DNA from: Lingula anatina
Lineage: Eukaryota > Animalia > Brachiopoda
DNA: 64,000 nt
Direction: 5' to 3'
NCBI GenBank assembly: GCA_051362555.1
Contig: CM120644.1
Location: 25,504,534-25,568,533 of the forward strand
Shown: positions 24,801 through 36,800 of the stretch, one piece after another
Layout: each line of letters opens with the position of its first letter
Numbering within the stretch: the first letter of the stretch is position 1
The notes under the pieces: model-generated
What the model was told of the DNA's origin: nothing
What the model saw: only the letters and a program-made list of their open reading frames with translations
The model's database searches: none
Program-made: the position numbers and the translations under genes

Positions 24801-27800
24801 GTCCATTGTCAAAGATTCTGACTCTTCATTCAAGTTTGGCAATATTGAAACTCTTGGTAGGGGGCGTTGTGTGCCATTTTGAAAATTGACAATTTACTAA
24901 CCTAAATAATTGTCATGCATTCAAAAGTTGTCACATTCATGTTCAACATCAAATTATGCCTTGTAAAATATCTGATAATGAAAATATTTCAGATTCCCTC
25001 TATCTTTATATGAATCATGAAGTTATTTTCCATTGTCACTCTATAGAGGTCTGCCATTACTAGTGGCAATATATGGAGGAGGGTATTAGTGAGGACAGCC
25101 TTATATGAAGTTATTTCCATTTAACTCATGTCACTCTATAGACGTCTGTCATTATTAGTGGCATGGAGGAGGGTATTAGTGAGGATTGCCTTGGTTTTCT
25201 TTGTCTTCCTCATTATCATGTCCTTCAGCTCCTCTCTGTACACCTTACAACTGAGGCAGTAGAGGAAGAAATTGGAGGCGTGATTGAGATAAAACAACAG
25301 TACAAACACAGAGTAGATCATGGCATTGACTGCCTGTTTATGCTCAGTCTTTGCATTGTGGATCTTATACAGATGTCCTTGGATGATGTTGTAGCCCATT
25401 GTAAGGAGGCAGAATGATGCAGTGACCAGGATTACCAGCCGTGTCAGTTCACGCTTATCATGCTCCAACTTCTGTGTGTGTACCAGCAGCTCTTCGTCCT
25501 CATAGTGAGGGTGGTCTGGGTCTGGAATTCTCTCAAAGTTGTCTTCATTGATGCTACGGTACTGCTTACGTGTGATCCAGTACAGCCATCCATTGAGCAG
25601 CGGGAGACCCACATATGGGAGGAGGCCGTAGAGGGTGAGCACCAGGTACCTGTAGAACAGGAAGTAGTTCTTATCGGTGGAGTTGAGGGCCTCCTCCCCA
25701 TTGTGTTCCAATATGTTCCAGCAAACCATCCCCAGGCAGGGATCCTCCAGGTAGATATGTGCTGTCAACACGGGGATGTTCAGAAGAACCAATACCATAA
25801 CCAATACAACTATAGCCACAGCAGTCCTACATGGGGTGAAGTACTTCTCATGGAGGTCTCTGTGACCTGCCTTCAAGACTCTCTCAGCTCCTAGGAGGAG
25901 CAGCAGAAATACACTCAGCTCTGGTCCAAAGTATTCTATAAAGGTGACAGCTTTACATGTGAACTCATCATGGCTCAGAGTGGGTGTGAGCAGGTCATAT
26001 TCTGCCCAGTAGAAATAGCCATGGGTTAAAATGAAGATGTCTGCCACAGCTACTGCTGTCAGGATCATACAACTTGAGGTCCTACGGAAAGCTCTTTGTG
26101 AGAAGACAGCAATGGCCAGAAAGTTACAGATGATACCTATACTGTAGATGAGAGGGCGTCCCACCACACGCATGTCATAGGCTGCATGCACCAGTGTGTT
26201 GTTGGGAAAACGTTTCAAAATATGTGCAGTAGTGATAGCCTGGTTAGCCCATTCAACCTCACAGCTGACATTAGAAGAGTTGCCAAAATACATCCTCAGA
26301 ACAGGGCAGGTCTGAAAGAATATATGTAATATTAATATAGTATATTTACAGTGGATACTAGTGATAGCCTGGTTAGCTCACTCAACCTCACAGCTGACAT
26401 TAGAAGAGTTGCTAAAATAAATCCTCAGAACAGGGCAGGTCTGAAAGGATATATGTAATATAGTACATTTATGTTGATTTTTAAACAGATAAGTTAAATG
26501 AAAACAACAGATATATTCTTCAACAACTCTGGATATTCCCCAAATTTTCTGGTTAACTTGATATATTGCATCATCAATTTTGGGGAGAGACAGAAGATAG
26601 AATCAGCTTTCATGAACATTTTACTAAGGAAGCTGGTTAAATCTCTCAGTTTTGAGTACCCATCTGATCATTGAAGTGTATTAGGCCACATTACAGTACA
26701 GTACAATACAATACAATACAATACAATACAATACAATACAATACAATACAATACAATACAATACAGTAAATTTTATTTCATGTCGGGTATAAATTGAAGG
26801 GAAACATTAGCTTTGCAGCTATTTACTGACTGGGTAAGGACAAACATTTTTACAATAATGCAATATTTACACATGAAGTCTAGTAAGATAGTAAATGGGA
26901 AATCTATAGGTATTAAACTGATGATTGAGGGTATGGAATTCCTTTTGCGTTCCACGTGATTGGCCTTATTTTTTTAGCATGATGCGTTATTTTAGCTCAA
27001 TATTCTGCGTGAAATGTGATTCGGGAATTCTTGCATAGTGATATTGGTGATCGGCCTGAATATATCTTTCTGATTGGTGATTGAACTGTTTTAATTCTTG
27101 GTGATTAAAGCTCTGAGTTGCCTATGATTATAGATTGCAATGAAGAAATATAAATGCAGATATTTTATATTTTCAAGGGCTTTTTCATTGTTTTAAGTCA
27201 GCACAAAGAAAGATGTATTATTGAATAATTAGATGCAGGAAAAAAACTCATTTTCAGTATTTGGATGATAATAAAGGGTTACAATAGCTTAACATCTTAC
27301 TGGTTACTTTTTATAAAGCTGGCCCTCTTTTATGAATGGATTGTGTTACTTGCACACAATATATTAATGCATGTTTGCTCACTGTGTTACTGGGTCAGTA
27401 CATATAGCTTGATTACTCATTGTAGCATGAGATGTTATCCCTGTGTAAACAGACTGTATACATGTATAACCACAGAGGTGTCATCTCTAGTACCCTATAA
27501 TTATCTCTGTTAACTAAATAATTACTTTTGGTATAACAAAAGGCAACAAAAAGATAATTAATATGAAGCGTTCTTTCTGAGCTTAACTGTATACGTACTG
27601 TATATAACTATATTTAAGATCATACGTGTACTAGCTAGACTAGTGTACTATAGTATAGTGAAAGAACTGATTATGGTAGGCCTGGTAAAAAACACAGTAG
27701 ACTGACTGCTGTGTATAAAACAGAACAGTAAAGTCCAGTGATAATAGCACTTGTTGATAATATACTTGAGGAAGTGAACTAATGTTTACCTACTGTATGG

Positions 27801-30800
27801 TCCTTGTGCTGCTTAGAGTGGGCTTATCTCTATTATCTTCTGAACAATACACAGAGTTAAGATTGAAGTGTCCTTACACGCTGTCAATTATCTTATTTGT
27901 CTGTTAAATTAACTGCTGCACAATACCCCCTCAGAGTGCAGGCTGAAAGACGCTATGTACTTCCTTGTCTTTACTGTTTCTTTTTTGACTTCCTGTAAGT
28001 TTCCCAGTAAGACAGTAGGTCATGCTGCTCTGAGTCATGGCACACTGTGCAGTATAGTAAACACATACATGGAGAGAATATTGTTGTGACTGTACATGTG
28101 ATATAATTGGTTATTTTCTGAATACTTCTACATTGACTCTTGTGACTGCAAAGTACTTACACATAATCTAGGTCATTGATTCATGATCAGCTGTGTATTT
28201 AAGTTGACAGTTTCGACGTTTTGCCACAGCAGTTGCTTATTAGTATAGCTATAGGAGTGGGGTGCCTGGATCATTGAAACATGATTTTATTGTAAACTCC
28301 AATCACAAGGTTTTGTGGTCAGAGCTGAAAAGGTTGCACATGCTGGGGGCCATAAATTAGTATGCTAATCTCTTATCATGGTATAATGATTGATACGATG
28401 GGTATCAGCTAGTTTTCATTTGATATAAATGACGAAAGAGCGATCTGTAACTGTGGTATAGGGTGGCCTTGTGTGTGTAATGATATACAAGTTGGGGCAG
28501 GGGTACAGTTTTATAGTACAATAAGTCATTTTATACATCTCATCGTCGGGTCATTGTTTACTATAGCACTTTGTCGCTGTGCATTGCGTACCTTTTTGCA
28601 ATTGAGTCAGACTCAGTCAGTAATAGCTGGTGATTTTGTCTTTTTTGCGTTTCATTGACAATATTTTGGCTACCTAAGTAGGACAATGTGGCTCTTTGTT
28701 TTGAAATGACATTTCCATTGTTCCTTTGAACACGCAAAAGTCTTCACCAGGAAGCAGATAACACTTACGTCAATATACTTGCTTTGTAATAACCACCAAG
28801 GGGAAGAAACAAAAGCCTCACAATTAAGGCATCATCCTTCACACTGTAAAAGGTGTTAATTTCATGCTTCCCCAGCTAGAAAAGCAGTCCCCTTTGCAGT
28901 CTCCCTAGCAGTCCCCGCTTCCACAGCAGTCTCCTTTGCAGGTATCGTTAAGTTTGGAGGGAGTCCCCTTGGCAGTCTTAATTTGCATTTTTGGAACGCG
29001 CTGCCAGGGGGACTGCCAGGGCAGTCCCCCTGCCCTGGCAGGGCAGTCCCCCTGGCAGTCTGCTTGGCAGCCCCCTTAGCAGTCTGCTTGGCAGTCTCCC
29101 TGGCAGTCTTAATTTGCATATTTGGAACGCGCTGCCAGGGGGACTGCCAGGGCAGTCCCCCTGGCAGTCTGCTTTAGCAGTCTCCCTAGCAGTCTGCTTG
29201 GCAGTCCCCCTAGCAGTCTTCATTTGCATTTTTGGAACGCGCTGCCAGGGGGACTGCCAGGGCAGGCCCCCTTGCAGTCTGCTTGGCAGCCCCCCTTGCA
29301 GTCTGCTTGGCAGTCCCCCTGGCAGTCTGCTTGGCAGCCCCCCTAGCAGTCTGCTTGGCAGTCCCTCTCGCAGTCTACTCTGCAGTCTCCTTAGCAGTTT
29401 GCTTAGCAAAATAAAATTTGGCAAAATCTTTTTATCTATTTATTTATTTATTTATTTATTTATTTTTTTTTAAAGTCATATACATGTATATATTCTAATA
29501 ATAATTATATTTATCAAAAGGAATCTAGAAATAATCTTTCTCTCAAGCATGTGTGTAAGTTCAAATCTAAATACAAAATTTTCCCTTGATCACAAAATGT
29601 ATGTTATCTGATTCATTTATATCTAACATATTGGTTTATTTCTCTCCATACTATTTAGTTCAGTTAACTATTTTACATATATATTTTTCTACAAAGCCCA
29701 TATTAGCAGAGGGCTGGGAATTCTACTGTACGTTATTTAATCATTCCAAAAACTCAGTCACAGAATTCACTGGCCAGGATTCATACATCGATACAGATCG
29801 ACACATAAGAGCAATATTTCAAGTAATTTTAAAGGTTTTTTAACTAATGTGGGCAAGTTATACACTAAAACAATTTTTAAAGTGTACATACCAAAGGAAA
29901 AGAAGGCTCATTTCATTTAAATTTTGTATTTTTAACACATTGCATGATAATGAAAAGTACAAAGATCGATGTTTTAAAAGGTGTTATCCTCATCTGTGAA
30001 TTATTGTCTATATTCATGTCAAAAACTGCAAAGTTTGAAATAATATTTTAATTGACAAAACGACCAAAATGGTTAAATGCAAACCTTTTTCTAGCCTAAT
30101 AGCAATTTCAAGTACTTTTAAAAACCACAAACAGAATTCAAAGTGCTGGGCTAAAATTGAACACTTCCCAAAGCTCTATATGGATCCTGGTGCATCAGTA
30201 AACTATACATGTAGGAAAATACAAAACCAAAAGGACTTGCATGCTCACTTCTTATCCTGTCTCTGTCCTTCTTCATTTTTCTTTCTACATGCATTTCCTA
30301 AAATGTCTTCTAGCTTTTTCAATCCAGAAATCAATGTTTTCAGATTTCTTGCCTCTTCCTTAGAACATTTCTGACCTAGCTTCTGGCTTAGAGTTTTGAA
30401 TTAATTAGCTCAACGGTTCTGTACTACTGCCTGTGCTGTATAGTTATTTGACCTCATTGGGCAAGCTATAGGTGAACTGTTTATATCAAACTGACAGTTA
30501 AGATAAACATGCCCCTGGCTTGAAATGAATTTAGTTTTGAAAGTTACCAGTTAATTTTAATCACAAGTCCAACTTAAATTGATGCTAACTGTGAGGTTTA
30601 AAATTTATATATTATGCAATTGTATATTATCATAAGACTTCAATTATTTGTCTGATTTCAATGAAAATTATAGCAATAATAAAGGATATTTTCACAGCAT
30701 TATTAAAAAAATAAAAATCTAAAATATTTAATAAAAAATAAAAAATTTAAAAAATATAAAACTTCACTTAGTTAGTAATCAAAAGTTTAGCACATGTGCT

Positions 30801-33800
30801 TCTCAATTGCGGATAGAAACACTTTTTAAATAACTATTGGGTTGTTTATTGCATACGTTGGCCAATGTTGAAAATGTCAGTTATTTCAGTTTAGTTTGCA
30901 GTCCCCTGTGAAAATTTCTAAGTTATTGCAGCCCCCTTTGCAGTCTCCTGCAAAATGTTGAAGTTATTGCAGCCTCCTTTGCAGTCTCCTGCAAAATTTT
31001 GAAGTTATTGCAGCCTCCTTTGCAGTCCCCTGCAAAATATTGAAGTTATTGCAGCCTCCTTTGCAGTCCCCTGCAAAATATTGAAGTTATTGCAGCCTCC
31101 TTTGTAGTCCCCTGCAAAATGTTGAAGTTATTGCAGCCCCCTTTGCAGTCTCCTGCAAAAATGTTTAAGTTATTGCAGCCCCCTTTGCAGTCTCCTGCAA
31201 AAATGTTTAAGTTATTGCAGCCCCCTTTGCAGTCTGCCTGCTCAAGGAGACTGCACACTGGAGCCCCAGACTGCAAAAGGGCAGTCTCCCTGGCAGTCTC
31301 TTTGGCAGCCTGGGCTCCCGTGGGCAGCTGGGGCTCCCATTCTAGCTGGGTCTATTGTTTGCCCATGAATCATTATGACAAAATTGTAGGGTTGCCAGAT
31401 CACTCGCGCTTCATTCAATTCTCCATATCTGCCCTGCAGCCTGGGATGAGTGAAACTTGACTGACCTTTGTTTACATCTGGAGATTCTCTTTATAATACG
31501 ATCAGTGTGCATAAATAATGATATTTTCCATCTGGAAAAATATGTGATAATGTAACGATTCTTATTTTACGGATACATATATTATTACGAAAAATTAATT
31601 CCTGGTATAATACCCCCTATTTCAGCGCCTATTCCTGGCTGCGTTAATTATGGGGGGTTGGAAAGTAATCCGTTAGGACGCGGGAGTGATGATTGCTACT
31701 CTTACCAACGGTAAATCACCGATCAACTAAACTCAGCCATCTGGAGCAGAATCACCAACAAAAGACAAATTGGACTACATCTGCCCTCTTGTTGAAACAT
31801 CTTATGTAAAAAAGGCGATGACGGTCAAAACATACATGCTTCGTGGTTTATTAAATGTTCATCGTATTTTTTCGTTCATTTTTCTTATGAGTTAAGCAGC
31901 TTCACCTCCGTGACACCCTTTTTATTTATTTAAACCATTGTTAGATAAACCATGGGTTTCACTCCAGATTTCACGATCGAGCAAGTGATCATGAGGAGAG
32001 TGTAGCATGCTATAGTTAGCTACCCCAAATATATACCTTACACCTCCAGGGTTTCACGATCGAGCAAGTGATCATGAGGAGAGAGTGTAACAGAGAACTT
32101 CATTAATGGTCGTCATAATTGGTGGTTGCCTTGGGGAAAATGAGTTACATGATTACATAATACGGATACATGATAACATAAGATTAATACTAAAATTTTC
32201 CCTGATACAAAATCCCCTATTTCAGCGCTTATTCCTGACTACGTTAATTACAGGGGATTAGAAAGTAATCTGTGAGGATGCAGGAGCGATATGATTGCTA
32301 TGCTTACCAACGGTAAATCACCGATTTACTTGACTCCGCTACTTCGAGCAAAATCACTACCAAAAGACAAATTAAACCACGTTCGTCCTCTTATTAAAAC
32401 AAAGAATGTAAAAATGTGATGTCGGTCAAAGAAGAGGCATGGGCTACGTGCTTCATGGTTTATTAAATATTCATCGTATTTTTTTAGTTCATTATTATAG
32501 CTTCACCTCGAGAGACCCTTTTTATATATTTAAAACACAGCACTCCACGGTTTTCGCGATCATGAAGAAAGGGAGTGTAGCAAAGAACCTCATTATGGTC
32601 GTAATAATTGGTGGTTGCATTGTAGGCCTAACCTTGTTCATTTTAGTTGACAGACTAAGCTAGAAGAAAGAACAGATCATTCCCAGATAGCAAGCATACG
32701 TTGGGCCAACGTAGGGGAATCGTTGGTTTGTTGGCACATAGTTGGCGTTGGTAGTAATACGTTGGCCCAACGTTGGCCCAACCACATCATAATATGCACA
32801 ACATAACTGCAATATGCTTACGTTGGCCCAACGTTGGGCCAACGTATGCATATTTATTGCATACGTTGGCCTAACGTTGGGCCAACGTATCCAAATAACA
32901 ACTCAATAGAAATGAATAATGTTTCTGTTATAATAAAAATGTTTCTGTTCACAACTGAGAATCACATGTGCTTATAAATATCTATTGATCAGTAACATAA
33001 GTTTTTAGGATAATTTTTTTTAATGAAGAGTTTGTCAAATTCCTTGGGTTAAAAAACAGTTTTCTGCTTTTATTTGTCTTCCAAGTTATATACTCTCATA
33101 TATAGTACATAGACTTCACCTGTAAAAAAATAACTGAGTGAACAGATTTATATTTTTAAATAATGCTGTGAAACATATTTATTATTATTGCTATTATTAT
33201 TATTGTTATTGAAATCAGAAAAATGATTGAAATCTTATTATAATGTACAATTGCACAATATATAAATTTTAAACTTTATAGTTAGCATCAATTGACTTTT
33301 GATTAAAGTAAACCAGTAACTTTCACTGGACCAGATTCATTACAAGCCAGGTGTTTATCTTAACTGTCAGTTTGATATAAACAGTTTGCCTACTGCCTGC
33401 TCAAACAGGTCAAATAACTATGCATAGCACAGTCTTAAGCGCGCCGTCCGTTGAGCCAATTCAAAAATCTAAGCCAGAAGGTCAGAAATGTTCTAAGGAA
33501 GAGGCAAGAATTAAGACTGAAAGCATTGATTTCTGGATATAAAAAGAAGACATCTTTTTGGAAATTAGAAAATGAAGAGATAAAGAGACAGGATAAGAAG
33601 TGAGCATGTACTGGTAAGTGACTTTTTAATTGTGTATTTTCCCATTATTTACTGATGCACCAGGATCCATACAGCCTTGAAAAGTGTTCAAATTTAGTCC
33701 AGCACTTTGGACTAGTTTAAATGTAACTAGTTTAAATGGCTCTAGTTTAAATGTAACTTTGAAAAGTACTTGAAAATGCTACAGTATAAGGCTTGAAAAA

Positions 33801-36800
33801 GGTTTGCATTTCAGCATTTTGTCTTTGTAAAAATATTATTTAAAACTTTGTAGTTTATTGACATGAATACAGACAATAATTCACAGATGGGGGTATACCT
33901 TAAGTTTTAATACATCATTACTTGTACTTTTATTTTCAACTTTTCATCATCAATGTGTTACACAGACAAAGTTAAAATGAAATGAGTCCTTTTTCCTTTG
34001 GTATGTACACTTTAAAATAACTGTATTAATGTATAACTTGCCCTCATTAGTTAAAAATAATTGAAAATAATTTCAATTAGAGCCTTAAAAGTCCTTGGAA
34101 ACCAATTGTTCTTATGTGTCTGTATGAATCCTGGCCAGTAAATTCTGTGATAGAGTTGTTGGAATGATTAAATGATGTGGAATTTAGTGGTACATTACAG
34201 TTGTCTAAAAACTGAATTCATGGTCAAGTGTACACGTAAGAACTAATTTAAATAAATCACTATAAATTACTGCACACAAGACACACTTTTATAGTTAAGA
34301 TATTGGCTGTTGCCTAACTTACATCTAAGATCTAATATACCGTTTATTAGATCTTAGCTTACATGTAGAAAAAGTGGGGAGATTATCATATAATACACAC
34401 CTACTAGTACTAGTTTGTATATGAAAACAGTGATGGGGGAAGAGGTAAAGTCATGTTATGCACCATACCAATTCTAGCATTATATTTCAAGTGTTTTTAA
34501 TATTTAAATTTGTAGGTGCAGCACACTCTTCTGTGACTGGTTAGACAAATATATTGAGGATACATCCAACTAATTGTGCTTTGCCAAAGATCACACAGGT
34601 GCCTGCAGGGCAGGAAAGAGAGAAAAACACACAAGATTGAACTCATATGACCACTGACTTGATTTTTATAGAGACAATGTCTGAGATTTTGCCTGAAGGA
34701 AGAGACTGTGATTTTATAGACTTGACATATAACTTATGAAAAGCATCTTACCTGACATTGACAAGGGTTTCTGGTTTAAATTTTGATTTAATGAAAATAT
34801 TTTTAAATATTGAAATGAGGCAAAAAAGACTACTAGTAGAAAAATGCCTTGACTCCAGGAATAAGGTGATAAGTCATAGGACTGTAATATTTTTTCTTGA
34901 TGTGAATCATGTAACAATTGATATAAGACACACTTATTAATGTTTAAATTTAATATTATAATATCTTATAAATTTTTTCTTTGTTGTTTTTTTGTATTAT
35001 ATTTCAATTCACATATCATTATTTAGTTGGTATAAGGTATTTGTTTTATGTAATGTTATGAATTAATTAAACAGTTCAAAACATATCACTAATCTTTTTG
35101 TTTCAACCACAACTATTAATTGACAATTTTCCAGGTGTAGTGTAAATGATCACAGGCAGATCAAGTCCTCTGAAGGATTCATCCCTTAGAAAGCTTTCTA
35201 ATTTTTTCAGTCATATCTTGCAGTTTGCAGATTTCAGATGCTCAAGATATTTCATCAGGACATTGATCTGCCTGTGCATCAGACGTGTAATTACAGTGCC
35301 CTACGTGTACCTATGTGATTCCAAAAAAGTTATTTTGCCTTCAGCTCAATGTTGGGTCACTGTAAATCACCGTGCCCCTGGTTTTAGGTTGGGTCATAGT
35401 TTGTTGTGCAAATTGCAGATAACTTGGTGACCAGTTGGCCTAACGTTGGGCCAACGCGGATGCACTAGCTGTTGGTTACAGGTTGGGGAATTGTTGGACT
35501 AATGTTGGTTATTAGTTGGCCCAATGTAGGGCCAACGCAGTTTGGTTGGGTAATTGTTGGACTGATGTTGGTTACAGGTTGGGAAATTGTTGGACCAATG
35601 TTGGTTATTAGTTGGCCCAATGTAGGGCCAACGCAGTTTGGTTGGGAATACGTTGGCAGTGCGTTGGCATTCAAAAAACGTTCAGCCAACCGTTGGCCAA
35701 AGTGAGCACTTAGATGGAAACCCAACGTTGGGCCAACGTTGTACGGTCAACCAAGGCAACGTTGGGCCAACGTTGGCCCAACGTATGCTTGCTATCTGGG
35801 TTATCGCCTCTCTTTACTTAGGAACAATAATGTTGGCTAGTGGCAACATTTATAAGTTCTTTTATTTGGAAACTTTCCGATCCTTTGTCTGGGACTGCCG
35901 TGCAACGCCGTATAAATGACGTCCGAGAAACGGCGATAACGACAAAAGACGTCCTCGAACAGTTTTTGACTCACTGAAAATAAAAAAAATCAGTTAAGAA
36001 GTAGCCTATTAATGCCCTGGCAAATAACTTTTCGATGGCTCAGAGAGTTCTAGAATGAATGACAAGAAACGCCATTAGGGCTAATAATAGACTAAAAACT
36101 ATCAGAGTGTATACCTGTCTTACTTTATTTCTAAGGCCATCTTGTGATACGAGTCATGCTACACTACAATAGAGGGGGTAGCAGTGGATGATTTAATACA
36201 GGGATACCATTGATAGTATATCAATAGAAAATTGCGATCCTCAAATGTTTTTAATTCATTAAATATAAACAGTCTTTCCTCGTGCAATATGGGTCTGGTA
36301 TAGTTGTATTGGCCTATCAGTTGGAAACACGTGCTTCGTCTACAATTGCAAATGGCGGAGGTGCCGTGTTAGTTATTGTCGTAAAATTAGCTGGATACGT
36401 GCACGTGATCCATATGAGTACATGTATATGGTGGTCAGGGTAAGAGCTCTATATTACCCTCCCCCCTCCCCAAACCTCTGATCCTATATATATGCACCTG
36501 CCTAGAGATCATATAGTGGAAATAAAGTGGTATATACGAGGATGCTGTGTTTATACTGATATATGATACAGTTTACTGATCAATTTTCATACAATACAAT
36601 ATAATAAATTTTATTTCATGTCGGGTATAAATTGAAAAGAACTATTCACCGCCTGGGTAATGACAAACATTTCTACAAATAATTAATGCAATATTTACAC
36701 ATGAAATCTAGTAAGATCATAAATGGAAAATCTTTCTACTAAAATATATACAAATACATGTCCACATGAAATCTACTAAGATAGAAAATGGAAAATCTTG

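Noticed and set aside
22565-25894. Plus-strand ORFs overlapping GPCR-1 and GPCR-2
   Set aside because: Antisense shadows of the GPCR coding sequences, with no motifs.
28862-29473. Cluster of overlapping Gly/Leu/Pro-rich ORFs
   Set aside because: Subterminal repeats of the CACTA-like element; no transposase motifs.
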